Below the pieces are notes generated by a model. That model saw nothing but the letters and a program-made list of their open reading frames with translations, did not search any database and was not told where the DNA came from. A stretch of DNA of 61,165 bases from Bacteroidales bacterium (GTDB lineage Bacteria > Bacteroidota > Bacteroidia > Bacteroidales > Bacteroidaceae): assembly GCA_004552155.1 (NCBI GenBank), contig SFPF01000025.1, positions 1-61,165 of the forward strand, in the 5' to 3' direction. The position numbers and the translations under genes were made by a program. Below, piece by piece: positions 29,408 through 39,153 of the stretch (within the stretch, counting starts at the first letter, position 1; each line of letters opens with the position of its first letter).

Positions 29408-29435
29408 TGAAAGTCGGGCAGCAAGGCATTGCCTT

Positions 29436-30281
29436 TTAGCAGCCTATGCAGAAGAAGTAGAGCACGGCGGCGGGAATGGCGAGGAGGGCGGAGTCGAAGC
29501 GGTCGAGCATGCCGCCGTGTCCCGGCAGGATATTGCCAGAGTCTTTGATGCCCAGTTGGCGTTTCAAGAGGCTCTCTACGAGGTCGCCCCACGTGCCGAA
29601 GACGCAGACGGTAAGCGCGAGGCCTATCCAATAAACCAGTTCCATTTTCCCAGGGCAAAGGGCGTTGATGACGACGGCTGCCGCGATGCAGAGCAGTCCG
29701 CCGCCGATGCTGCCCACCCACGACTTTTTAGGCGATACGCGTTCGAAGAGCTTGGCGGGGAAATAGCGGCTCAGCAGGCTGCCGCAGCAGTAGGCACCCG
29801 TGTCGCTCGTCCAAAGGAAGATGAAGACGGAGAGCGGGAAAATCCACTCGAAGGCCGTCTGCCCTGTCACCGCATCGTAGCGGAACGCCAGCACGTTGAG
29901 CATGGCGAAGCCTAAGGCGATGTACACCTGCGCCGCGAAGGCGAACGCCCAGTTGCGCAGCGGGTCTTTGTGCTGCAAATAGAGTTCTTCGATGAGCAGG
30001 TACATCAGCGAGAGCAGATAGGGCACGAAGGCGCGGCTCGGGGTGAAGTCGCCGCAGAAGCCGGCGAAGGCGAAAAAGAGGTACGTTCCTGCCGCCGTGG
30101 TGATGAGGCGGTTCACGTTTGCGCCGGCGTGATTGTTCACGATGCCCGTAAACTCCCAGAGGGTGAGTGCCGTGATGAGACCGAAGAGCGCGGTGAATGT
30201 GACGGGCGAGTAGACTGTGCCGCCTACGAGGGCTGCCACGAAGAGCACGCCCGTGAGGGTGCGTAATACGAGGTTATTCAT
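29436..30281 (-). CDS. cdsA: Phosphatidate cytidylyltransferase
   Basis: SDTGAY, SPKKSWVG, GDLVESLLKR, KDSGNILPGHGGMLDRFDS. Confidence 0.95.
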   Translation of the reverse strand: MNNLVLRTLTGVLFVAALVGGTVYSPVTFTALFGLITALTLWEFTGIVNNHAGANVNRLITTAAGTYLFFAFAGFCGDFTPSRAFVPYLLSLMYLLIEELYLQHKDPLRNWAFAFAAQVYIALGFAMLNVLAFRYDAVTGQTAFEWIFPLSVFIFLWTSDTGAYCCGSLLSRYFPAKLFERVSPKKSWVGSIGGGLLCIAAAVVINALCPGKMELVYWIGLALTVCVFGTWGDLVESLLKRQLGIKDSGNILPGHGGMLDRFDSALLAIPAAVLYFFCIGC

Positions 30282-32243
30282 GGTCGTTTTGTTTTGCTTT
30301 TTCTCGCTCGGCAATGAGTTGTTCCACTTCTTCATGGGTGAGCACCTCCTTTTCTTCAGCCTGCGGCGCGGTTTGCTCGGTTTTTTCCTTTTCTTCTTCC
30401 TCCATGAGGATATCTGCGCGGCTCTTCCAGGGGCGTTTGCCGAAGATGCGCTCCACGTCCTCCGTGAAAATCACTTCGCGGTCGATGAGCAACTGTGCCA
30501 ACTGCCCGTGCTTGTCGGCGTTGTCCGTGAGGATCTGCTTGGCGCGTGCATACTGTTCGCCGATAAGGCGGCTCACTTCCGCGTCGATCTTCTCAGCGGT
30601 TTTTTCAGAATAAGGCTTAGTGAAATTGTATTCCTGATTATTGTAGTAGCAAAGGTTGGAAAGTTCGCTGCTCATGCCGAGGTAAGCCACCATGCCGTAG
30701 GCACGCTTCGTCACGCGCTCCAAGTCGTTGAGCGCGCCCGAGGAGATGTGTCCGGTGAATACTTCTTCGGCTGCGCGGCCGGCGAGCGTGGCGCAGATCT
30801 CGTCGAGCATCTGCTCTTTCGTGGTGATGTTGCGCTCTTCGGGCAGATACCATGCCGCGCCGAGGGCTTGTCCGCGCGGCACGATGGTCACCTTCACCAG
30901 CGGGTTGGCGTATTGCAGGAGCCACGACACGGAAGCGTGGCCTGCCTCGTGGATAGCGATGCTGCGCTTCTCGTCGGCGGTCATCACCTTGGAGGTTTTT
31001 TCCAGTCCGCCGATGATGCGGTCCACGGCGTCGAGGAAGTCCTGCTTGCCCACGTGGCTGCGATTGTGGCGGGCGGCGATGAGTGCCGCCTCGTTGCACA
31101 CGTTGGCGATGTCTGCACCCGAGAAGCCCGGCGTTTGCCGCGCGAGCATATCCACGTCGAGGTCGTCGGCGAGTTTGAGCGGGGCGAGGTGCACCTTGAA
31201 AATTGCCACGCGCTCCGAGAGTTCGGGCAAGTCCACGTGGATTTGGCGGTCGAAGCGTCCGGCACGGAGCAAGGCGGGGTCGAGTATTTCCACGCGGTTG
31301 GTGGCTGCGAGGATAATCACGCCTGAGTTCGTGCCGAAGCCGTCCATCTCCGTAAGCAGCTGGTTGAGCGTGTTTTCGCGCTCGTCGTTGCCGCCGAGGG
31401 CGGGATTTTTGCCGCGGGCACGGCCTATGGCATCTATTTCATCAATAAATATAATACAGGGAGATTTTTCCTTGGCCTGGCTGAAAAGGTCGCGCACGCG
31501 GCTCGCGCCTACGCCTACGAACATTTCGACGAAGTCTGACCCCGACATGGAGAAGAAAGGCACGTCGGCCTCGCCGGCCACTGCCTTTGCCAAGAGAGTC
31601 TTACCCGTGCCCGGAGGGCCAACGAGCAGTGCGCCCTTGGGTATCTTGCCGCCCAGTTCGGTGTATTTTTTGGGATTTTTGAGGAAGTCCACAATCTCGC
31701 GCACTTCCTGCTTGGCGCCTTCTTGTCCCGCCACGTCCTTAAAGGTGACGTTGGTGCCCTGTCCGTTCTTGTCAAAGAGTTTGGCCTTGCTCTTGCCCAC
31801 GCTGAACACGCCGCCGCCGGCACCGCCGCCCATGCGGCGCATCATGAAGAACCACAGGAACACGAGCAGTATGATTGGCAGGAAACTGCTCAGCAGGCGC
31901 AGGAAGAAGCTGTCGCTCTCGCGATATTTCACCTTGCCCTTGAAGTTCTCGGCGAGGTAGTCGTCGAGGCGGTCGATAGAGCCGTATTTAGCCGAGACGG
32001 TGGGCTGCTTGCCCACGCGGTCGGTGCCTGCCTTGAACACTTCGCGTATGTGTTCGGGGCGTATCGTCATGCTCACCTCGCCGGCTGTCTTGTCTATGAC
32101 GACTTCCGTGCCGTAGTTGTTGGCCACGTAGGTTTTGAACGAGGTGTAGTCCACCTCTTTGTTTGCTCCTAGAGCCAGCTGAGGCTGAACTTCGGCATGT
32201 TGTTTTTCTTGCCGCCGGGGATTTTATTGTTGTTTGTATCCAT
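30274..32243 (-). CDS. ftsH: ATP-dependent zinc metalloprotease FtsH (first TM segment deleted with a frameshift near 32170)
   Basis: [21 protein letters not shown] and HEAGH motifs. Start MDTNNNK...FSLSWL at 32243 is out of frame with the rest. Confidence 0.93.
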
Positions 32244-32257
32244 TATTGTTTGTATTA

Positions 32258-32370
32258 TAGTAAACGAGTTGACAAGTAAACGAGTAGACGAGACAGAAAT
32301 GTCGTACTAATTATATATTAGAATAGTTACTTGTCTTGTTTCCTCGTATACTCGTTTTCTTGCTTACTAA
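32258..32370. repeat. Octamer-armed inverted-repeat element, copy 4
   Basis: TAGTAAACGAGTTGACAAGTAAACGAGTAGACGAGACAGAAATGTC...TTACTTGTCTTGTTTCCTCGTATACTCG...TTACTAA. Confidence 0.85.
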
Positions 32371-32395
32371 CTCATCAAGAGGGGAAAGGATGTTT

Positions 32396-32755
32396 TTAAT
32401 CCAAATCGGGAATACTTTGCACGGGCGCGTCGTGCCAGAGGTGCTCGAGGTCGTAATGCTCGCGGACATCAGGGAGGAACACGTGCACCATCACGGTGCC
32501 GTAGTCGAGCGCCACCCATTCGGCGTTCGCCTTACCGCACACGGCGGCGGGTTTCTCGGCGGCGTGCTTGCGTGCGAACTCTTCCACGCTGTCTGCCACG
32601 GCTTCCACCTGCTGCGGCGAGCCTCCGGTGCAGATTACGAAGTATTTGCAAGGCGCTGTGTCGATGCTGCTGAGGTCTGCCACGCTGATGGCACGCCCTT
32701 TCTTTTCTTGTATGCCTTCGATGATTGCTTCTACCAGATTTTTTGTTTCTGTCAT
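32396..32755 (-). CDS. rsfS: Ribosome silencing factor
   Basis: EKKG, YFVICTG, WVALDYGTVMVHVF...REHYDLEHLW. Confidence 0.93.
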   Translation of the reverse strand: MTETKNLVEAIIEGIQEKKGRAISVADLSSIDTAPCKYFVICTGGSPQQVEAVADSVEEFARKHAAEKPAAVCGKANAEWVALDYGTVMVHVFLPDVREHYDLEHLWHDAPVQSIPDLD

Positions 32756-32815
32756 TTTGTCTTGTCTATATATATAATATTGTGTATGTATTTTCAGAAT
32801 TAGGTTTTATACTAC

Positions 32816-33033
32816 GTGCCTGGAAGGCACTACAAAAGCAAAGCTTTTTGGTAACCGGGGACGAAGTCCTCGGTAGAGTATGGCAAGAACGATGTGCCTG
32901 GAAGGCACTACGCCATAGGACATGAGGCATAGTTACAGGCGTACTGCCTTCCAGGCAGAAGCCTTTCAATCGCTTCCTCCGAGGACTTCGTCCCCGGTTA
33001 CTATCGCTTCGCTCTGTACTGCCTTCCAGGCAG
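32816..33033. repeat. 218-bp composite inverted repeat (REPIN/BIME-like)
   Basis: a-b-a / a'-b'-a' layout with a=GTGCCTGGAAGGCACTAC and b=GTAACCGGGGACGAAGTCCTCGG; b' is the exact reverse complement of b. Confidence 0.85.
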
Positions 33034-33218
33034 TCGATGCTTTAACCAAAGAGCACTGTCTGTACCGTGAACAGCACTTCTCTGCTAAGGAAGTTGCAAA
33101 ATGCGTGCCGCAAAGTTACGAGGTTTTATCCGATTGCAGTCGCCCGCGCTCGGAAAACTCCGCGTTTTTTCAGTTTTTTAGGGAGTTTTTCTCGTATCGC
33201 CGCCCAAACTATCCCCGA

Positions 33219-33450
33219 GATGCTTTTTCTTTCCTCGGAGATGTTTTTCACTTTCTGCCTGAAAGTTTTACTATCCTATAAGATATTTTTTGTTACAAAG
33301 TTTGTAACACGTATTACAAAGTTTGTAACACATGTTAGAAAGTTTGTAACACATATTACAAAGTTTGTAACAAAAACTTTCTTGTAGGAAAGGAAAAAAT
33401 ATCAGCAAGCTCCTAACAATTATCTGCGCAGACAGGGAAAAACTTCTCGG
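33219..33450. repeat. 21-bp-period symmetric element, copy C
   Basis: Cores at 33291, 33312, 33333 and 33354 with inverted 21-mer flanks. Confidence 0.9.
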
Positions 33451-33644
33451 GGATAATCGCTAAGCGCACGGCTGTAAATGGAAGCAGACACGGCGAGAAC
33501 GCGGGCGGCTGCCGCGACATTTGCGCAAAAATGACAACTTTATGCGTGAAAAGCGTTCCTCACAATTTTTTCCATATATCTAATTTTGCCACATATTCTA
33601 ACCGCAACTTTTCGCGCGGGCGCACGCTCGCGCCCTCTATCAAA

Positions 33645-34466
33645 ATGAAAACAATCCGAAAGCTTATCATGACGGCCACGGCTATCGGCCTCACACTGTT
33701 GCTCTCGGGGTGCAGCGTCATAGACTACCACCCCTACGACACGCGCTTCGACGGCGCGACCGGCATCAATGCGCGCAACGTGGCCCGGATAGAGGCGAAC
33801 TGCGCAGGGCGCACGAGCCTGCGTTTCGTGCTGATTAGCGACACGCAGCGGTGGTACGACGAGACGCATGCCTGCGTCGATGCCATCAACGCGCGGGGCG
33901 ACGTGGATTTCGTGGTGCACTGCGGCGACCTCACGGACTTCGGCGCAACGAAAGAGTTTGAATGGATGCGCAGCGAGCTGGAACGCCTCACTATGCCCTA
34001 CGTATGCCTGCTCGGCAACCACGACTGCCTCGGCACGGGCGCGGACGTGTTTCGCAAGATGTATGGCCTGCCGGACTTCTCGTTCAACGCCGGCGACACG
34101 CACTTTCTCTGCCTCAACACCAACGCCTTCGAGTACGACTACTCGGTGGCGGTGCCCGATTTCAACTTTATCAAGACCGACCTCGCCGCGCTGCCCTCCA
34201 CGGTGCGCCGCACCATCGTTGCGATGCACGCGCAGCCCACGTCGGAACAGTTTAACAATAACGTGTCGGACGTGTTCCAGGAAAAAATCAAACTGTTTCC
34301 GGGCCTCGCCTTCTGCATGTGCGGCCACGGCCACCACACGCAGGCGAACGACCTCTACGGCGACGGCGTGCTTTATTACGAATGCGGCAGCGCGAAATTC
34401 AGAGAATACGTAGTGTTTACCCTAAACGACGACGGAGGATACAGCTATGAAGTGGTGGAATATTAG
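33645..34466 (+). CDS. Calcineurin-like metallophosphoesterase, predicted lipoprotein
   Basis: LLSGC lipobox; ISDTQ, GDLTD, GNHD, MH and GHGHH motifs. Confidence 0.88.
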   Translation: MKTIRKLIMTATAIGLTLLLSGCSVIDYHPYDTRFDGATGINARNVARIEANCAGRTSLRFVLISDTQRWYDETHACVDAINARGDVDFVVHCGDLTDFGATKEFEWMRSELERLTMPYVCLLGNHDCLGTGADVFRKMYGLPDFSFNAGDTHFLCLNTNAFEYDYSVAVPDFNFIKTDLAALPSTVRRTIVAMHAQPTSEQFNNNVSDVFQEKIKLFPGLAFCMCGHGHHTQANDLYGDGVLYYECGSAKFREYVVFTLNDDGGYSYEVVEY

Positions 34467-35143
34467 CCTTTTTACTCTATTCGCGGCGCTGCCCGCAATG
34501 GGTGCGGCCACGGAAATCCTCGCTGCCGACACGGTGCCGCCCGCCTACGCGCTGCCCGCCGACAGCCTGCCGCCCGACACGGCTGCAACCGTCAAGACAA
34601 AGCGCAAGCACTATGGGAGCGAATACTATGAGCGCACGCTCGAGAAGCGGCAGCGGCGATGGGCGAAACTGATCCCCAACCAGTTCACCTTCCAATACGC
34701 TGGCAGCATCGGGCTGGCAAGCGTGGGCTTCGGCTGGCACTACGGCAAGCGCGACTCCTGGGAGACGGACGTGCTCTTTGGCTTTGTGCCGAAATACAAC
34801 TCGGAGTGCGCCAAGTTCACCGCCACGGTTAAGGAACGCTATGTGCCGTTTCACCTGCGCGTGAGTAGCCGCTGGGTGATAGAGCCTTTGCAGACGGGCA
34901 TCTATTTCAACACGATCGAAAAACTACTATGGCTTTTCCTCGCGCGTACGCATCGGCATCTGGTTCGGCGGCCGCCTGCGCTATGATATCCCGAGCCGCC
35001 TGCGCCGCCGCGCCAAGGCTGTCACGGCCTTCTACGAACTGGGCACTTCCGACCTCTACGTGCTCTCGTCGATCCCCAACAAGCGCGTGAAGCCCGGCGA
35101 CGTGCTCTCGCTGGCATTAGGCTTGAAGTTCGATATTTTCTGA
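34447..35143 (+). CDS. Hypothetical outer-membrane protein (frameshift or deletion near 34918)
   Basis: Signal peptide and QYAGSIG..SVGFGWHYG; a second frame continues to VLSLALGLKFDIF* (terminal Phe). Confidence 0.6.
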
Positions 35144-35169
35144 CGGCGTTTCGGAACGCGCTGTCCCTC

Positions 35170-35199
35170 AACTCCCCGCCGTACGGCGGGGAGTTTTTG
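35170..35199 (+). terminator. Intrinsic terminator
   Basis: AACTCCCCGCCG-TA-CGGCGGGGAGTT followed by TTT. Confidence 0.7.
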
Positions 35200-35226
35200 C
35201 TGCCTTCAACTAGAATCCGATATTTA

Positions 35227-35291
35227 CATAATGGCGGCACTCGGCAAAGCTCGAACGAGTTCGGCTTTGCGCTCGTTTGCACGACATTTTG
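35227..35291. repeat. ~64 bp covarying hairpin element, copy 3
   Basis: CATAATGGCG-GCACTCGGCAAAGCTCGAAC-GA-GTTCGGCTTTGCGCTCGTTTGCA-CGACATTTTG. Confidence 0.7.
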
Positions 35292-35381
35292 CGCTTTCAA
35301 AAGAATTTTCTTACTTTGTAATTAACAAAACGGTTAAGGCCGTAATCGCTCCCAATCCCTACCATTATCTATATACGCTCA

Positions 35382-35706
35382 ATGAAAAAATCCATTCTGA
35401 TCACGCTCCTCTCTGCACTGTGCGCCTTCGGGCAGGCACAGACGCTGACGCTGGAAGAATGCTATGAACTGGCGCGTGCCAATTTTCCGCAAGTGCGCCG
35501 CCTGCAACTCATAGAACGCACCCGCGACTGCAACCTCGCCAACGCCGCAAAAGGCACGCGCCAACAAGTTCGAGCCCGGCGCTGCCACGGCAACCGACCT
35601 CATGCGCGACATGAACGACGAACAGGCTGCAAGGCTCGAAAAGGCATACCACGAACTGCAACTCCTGCAAACCATATATAATCTGAAATATACCCGAAAT
35701 CAATAA
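35382..35706 (+). pseudogene. TolC family outer-membrane efflux protein, internally deleted
   Basis: Signal peptide plus AQTLTLEECYELARANFP N-terminus, joined out of frame near 35555 to TDLMRDMNDEQAARLEKAYHELQLLQTIYNLKYTRNQ*. Confidence 0.65.
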
Positions 35707-37093
35707 TACAATTCCAAATTGGCGGCGGCGGTGCTGTTGGCTTTGGCGGCCTCGTTGGTTGCAGATGTGCCTTCCGTGAACGCCCGCGTGGCGAGTTCCT
35801 GCTGCGTGGCAACATTGTCGAGGTTCTGCGCGAGAATGTTCACAACGCTTGAAACGCCCGCCCCCGTAAGGCCCAATTCCTTTAAGGCAGGCGACACTTC
35901 CGTAAGCCCGCCGAGACGGCCAACGCCTTTGGCAAACTCGATGAGCGCGGCGTTCATATCGGTCTTTACCAGTGCGGCGAACTCTTGCACGTTGAGCCCC
36001 GCCATCTTCGCCATTTTCTCTGTGTCCGAGCCCATCTTCTGCATTACCTTTGAGAGTGCGGTTGCCGCTACTTCTACATTAAGCCCCTGCGTCTCAAACA
36101 TTGCGCCGAGCCCCATAACCTGTACCTGCGTGAGGCCCGCCGTCTTTGCCATTGCCGAAAGGCGCGTAGTGAAGTCGAGAATATTGCCCTCCGATGCGCT
36201 ACTGTTTTGCGCCAGTTCGTTAATGGCCGATGCGGTCGAAAGCATTGCCTGCTTCAATCCCATACGCTTATCGTCGCCGAATATGTTAGCGAGTTTGCCT
36301 ATATTCTTCACCGCCCCTTCGCCGAGATCCTCGCCGAGCGCGATGTTGATTTGGTCGGCGGCCTGCACGAAGTCGAGCACGTCTTTCTTTCCCGTTATGC
36401 CGAGGCGGCCTGCGTCGGCGGCGAGGTCGTTGAGGGCGGCGCGGCTGGTGCGCGTGTCCATTTTCTTGAACTCTTCGTTGAGGTCTGCCGCCGCCTCTGC
36501 ACCCATGCCGGTGTACTTGATAACGCCCGAAACGTGCTCTTGCAATTCGGCGTACTTATTGACATACTCCGAGGCTTTGCCCATAACTCGGTCGTAAATG
36601 TTAAGGCCTGCATTTATTATCGATGCAACGCCGCCCCATTTTTGCCCAAGTTCAGAAATTAATTTTTTAGGCTTTTGAGCGCAATCTACCATTGCCTGCT
36701 CCACTACCTTTGTCTCGCCTTTTACGCGCTCAATCTCTTCCTTTGTTTTTCTTATCCCATCAGTCAGTTCGTTCCACGCTTTCGAGCCTCTTGCAATTTG
36801 TCCTCCGTCGAGGGCTTTCTGCATAGTTTTAAGGGCGGAGTTAAGGTCTTTAAGGCTCTTGCCGCTCAAATTGTCGAGCGTGGCTTTCACGTTGGTTGAA
36901 GTCGTGCCGTACCTCTTCAGCTGCCTCTCTGCCGACGCCATTTCCCTGTTCCACTTCTGCCAGTTCTTCCACTCCTGCTATTATCTTTTGCGGCCGCGCA
37001 GTCCTTTATCGTCTGCTCCAGCCTCTTCACAGTCTGCTCCGAGTCTGCGCTGTTGATTTTTAGAAGTACTTCTTGAATGTAGGTGCTATTCAT
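35700..37093 (-). pseudogene. Phage tail tape measure protein (TP901-like), 3'-truncated and frameshifted near 36980
   Basis: KYTGM, MDTRTSRAALNDLAADAGRLG, DQINIALGEDLGEGAVKNIGKL, SAINELAQNSSA. The ATG at 37093 is in a different frame. Confidence 0.8.
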
Positions 37094-37165
37094 AAAAAAA
37101 ACCTTTTATTTGCGTTTACTGCACAAATAAAAGGCTTTTATCTCGTATGGAAAAAGACAAATTTT

Positions 37166-37366
37166 TTACTTTCTCTTCTTTGGTTTTGGTCCTAATCCTG
37201 TTTTCCAATTAGCATACTCGCCTTCTTCTTTTGATACGTTCGCAATTTTAGCAAGTATAATTAGCAGTAAAAGAATTAAAGATATTCCCCACTCTCCTAC
37301 AAATAGAAATAATAAGGCGACAAATATAAGTACAGTCATCTTTCCGAAAGGTTTTAAGTTGTTCAT
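37166..37366 (-). CDS. Small AT-rich membrane protein
   Basis: Hydrophobic stretch VLIFVALLFLFVGEWGISLILLLLIILA with a basic tail; start uncertain. Confidence 0.5.
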   Translation of the reverse strand: MNNLKPFGKMTVLIFVALLFLFVGEWGISLILLLLIILAKIANVSKEEGEYANWKTGLGPKPKKRK

Positions 37367-37399
37367 CGCAAAGATACGCCCCTTTTGCCTTTCGTGCAA

Positions 37400-37773
37400 C
37401 TATTTCCCTAAATTATCCATTATCCCCACAAACTTGTCGCCCACAAATCTTGCATAAACGTCCTTGATTACCTGCGTCGAAATGTACCACGATTTGCTAA
37501 ACCACGGGCGCGGCTCGCGGGCCTTGCCAAGTTTATGCTCTTTGCGGTAATCTTTGCCCAGAAATTTGAGGTCGCCGCCGTTGCCCCGCTTAACTGGAAA
37601 GCCATTTGCCCGCCCATTTCGTCCATTGCAAAGCCCTTGACCGCCACGGAGCCGCGCAGCGCGCCAGTGTCGAGAATATCCATTGCGTCGATGCGGTCGC
37701 GCCAAATCGTTACCATTTTGTCGTACCACGCTTTGGAGTAGGTCTTTAAGTCGGCGGTCTTGTTTTGTTCCAT
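37400..37773 (-). pseudogene. Phage-associated hypothetical protein, frameshifted near 37590
   Basis: Y.KAW.DKMVTIWRDRI....I.DTGALRGS N-terminus plus REPRPWFSKSWYIS C-terminus in another frame; adjacent to the tape measure gene. Confidence 0.55.
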
Positions 37774-37806
37774 TTATTGGTTCGGCCACTCGCCCGTATT
37801 GAGTTC

Positions 37807-38115
37807 GCCGTGTGCCTGCTGCTCGGCCTGCTCGTGTCCACCGTGGCGGCCACTCAGTTGGCAGCGATACTCATTTCCCTGCTGCTCATCGTGCCTTCCA
37901 TTTATTTTTCAGGACTGGCCTTCCCGATAGAATCCATGCCCACGGTGCTGCAATACATCTCGGGCATCGTGCCAGCGCGGTGGTTCGTAGAGGCCGCGCG
38001 CATGATTTTCCTCAAAGGCAGCCGCCTCGCAGACCTCCTGCCCCACTTCGCCGCCCTCCTTGCCGCCGGCTGCCTGCTCGGGCTTTGGGCTGTGGGGAGT
38101 TACAGGAAAAGATAA
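37807..38115 (+). pseudogene. ABC-2 type permease, C-terminal fragment
   Basis: GLLVSTVA.TQ..A...FSGLAFPIESMP..LQ.I....PARWF...IFLKG; no 5' part present. Confidence 0.7.
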
Positions 38116-38180
38116 GGTTTTATATGACGCTTAACCGGCGCACACCAATCAGGAAAAACCGGCGTTTCAATTTTCCGCCT

Positions 38181-38213
38181 TACATTTGCAGTGTCATAGT
38201 ACACTATTACACT
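38181..38213 (+). promoter_or_regulatory. -7 promoter element followed by a putative GntR/YtrA operator
   Basis: TACATTTG at 38181, then the imperfect palindrome AGTGTCATAG-TACA-CTATTACACT. Confidence 0.55.
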
Positions 38214-38280
38214 AAAACAAAGCCCGCGAAACTCCATACCGGTCACGCAGCGAAGCGGGACAAACCAAAAATTGAAAGCC

Positions 38281-39129
38281 ATGTTATCATTCAGCAATGT
38301 ATCATTCACCTACGGTCGCCGGGGCAAGGAAGTGCTCAGCGGCCTCAGCCTCGATTTCGAGGAAAACGGCATCTATGGAATTTTGGGCAAGAACGGCACC
38401 GGCAAGTCCACGATGCTCTATCTCGCCGCCGGACTGCTGCGCCCCAAAGGCGGCAACGTGACGGTGGAGGGCGTGCCCACGCAAAGCCGCCGCCCGGAAA
38501 CGCTGCGCGAGTTATTTCTCGTGCCCGAGGAGTTCGACCTTCCCGAAGTGTCGCTGCGCACCTACGTGCAACTTAATGCGCCCTTCTACCCCACTTTCAG
38601 CGAGGACATTCTCGCACGCTGCCTGAAAAGTTTCGAACTGGGCGACAACCTCAACATCGGCCGCCTTTCTATGGGACAGAAAAAGAAGGTGTATATCAGT
38701 TTCGCCCTCGCCGCCGGCACAAAGTACCTCCTCATGGACGAGCCGACCAACGGACTGGACATTCCCTCGAAGAAGGTGTTTCGCGAGGTGATTGCCCGCG
38801 AAATGACGGAAGAGCGTGTGATGATTATCTCTACCCACCAAGTGCGCGACGTGGAGCAACTCATCGACCACGTGGTCATCGTGAACGATGGCACGGTGCT
38901 ACTCAACGTCTCGACGGCCGAAATAGAAAGCCGGCTGCGCTTCGAGCAGCGTGCCGTAGGCTCCGACCTCTCCGACGCGCTGTTCGTGCAGCAGACCATG
39001 CGCGGCATCGAACTTATCTGCCCAAACAGCGGCAACGACGAAACGCCCATCGACCTCGAACTCCTGTTCAACGCCTTGCAGACCGTGCCGGCGGAAAAAC
39101 TGATGGGAGGAAATGGCAACAATAAATAA
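38281..39129 (+). CDS. ABC transporter ATP-binding protein
   Basis: GKNGTGKST, LSMGQKKK, LLMDEPTNGLD, ISTHQ. Confidence 0.92.
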   Translation: MLSFSNVSFTYGRRGKEVLSGLSLDFEENGIYGILGKNGTGKSTMLYLAAGLLRPKGGNVTVEGVPTQSRRPETLRELFLVPEEFDLPEVSLRTYVQLNAPFYPTFSEDILARCLKSFELGDNLNIGRLSMGQKKKVYISFALAAGTKYLLMDEPTNGLDIPSKKVFREVIAREMTEERVMIISTHQVRDVEQLIDHVVIVNDGTVLLNVSTAEIESRLRFEQRAVGSDLSDALFVQQTMRGIELICPNSGNDETPIDLELLFNALQTVPAEKLMGGNGNNK

Positions 39130-39153
39130 TCACCCTCAAAACATATCCGAATT

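Noticed and set aside
35700..37789. Intact prophage, tailocin or diversity-generating retroelement
   Set aside because: Only truncated genes are present, with no integrase, capsid, sheath, reverse transcriptase or TR/VR pair in the window.
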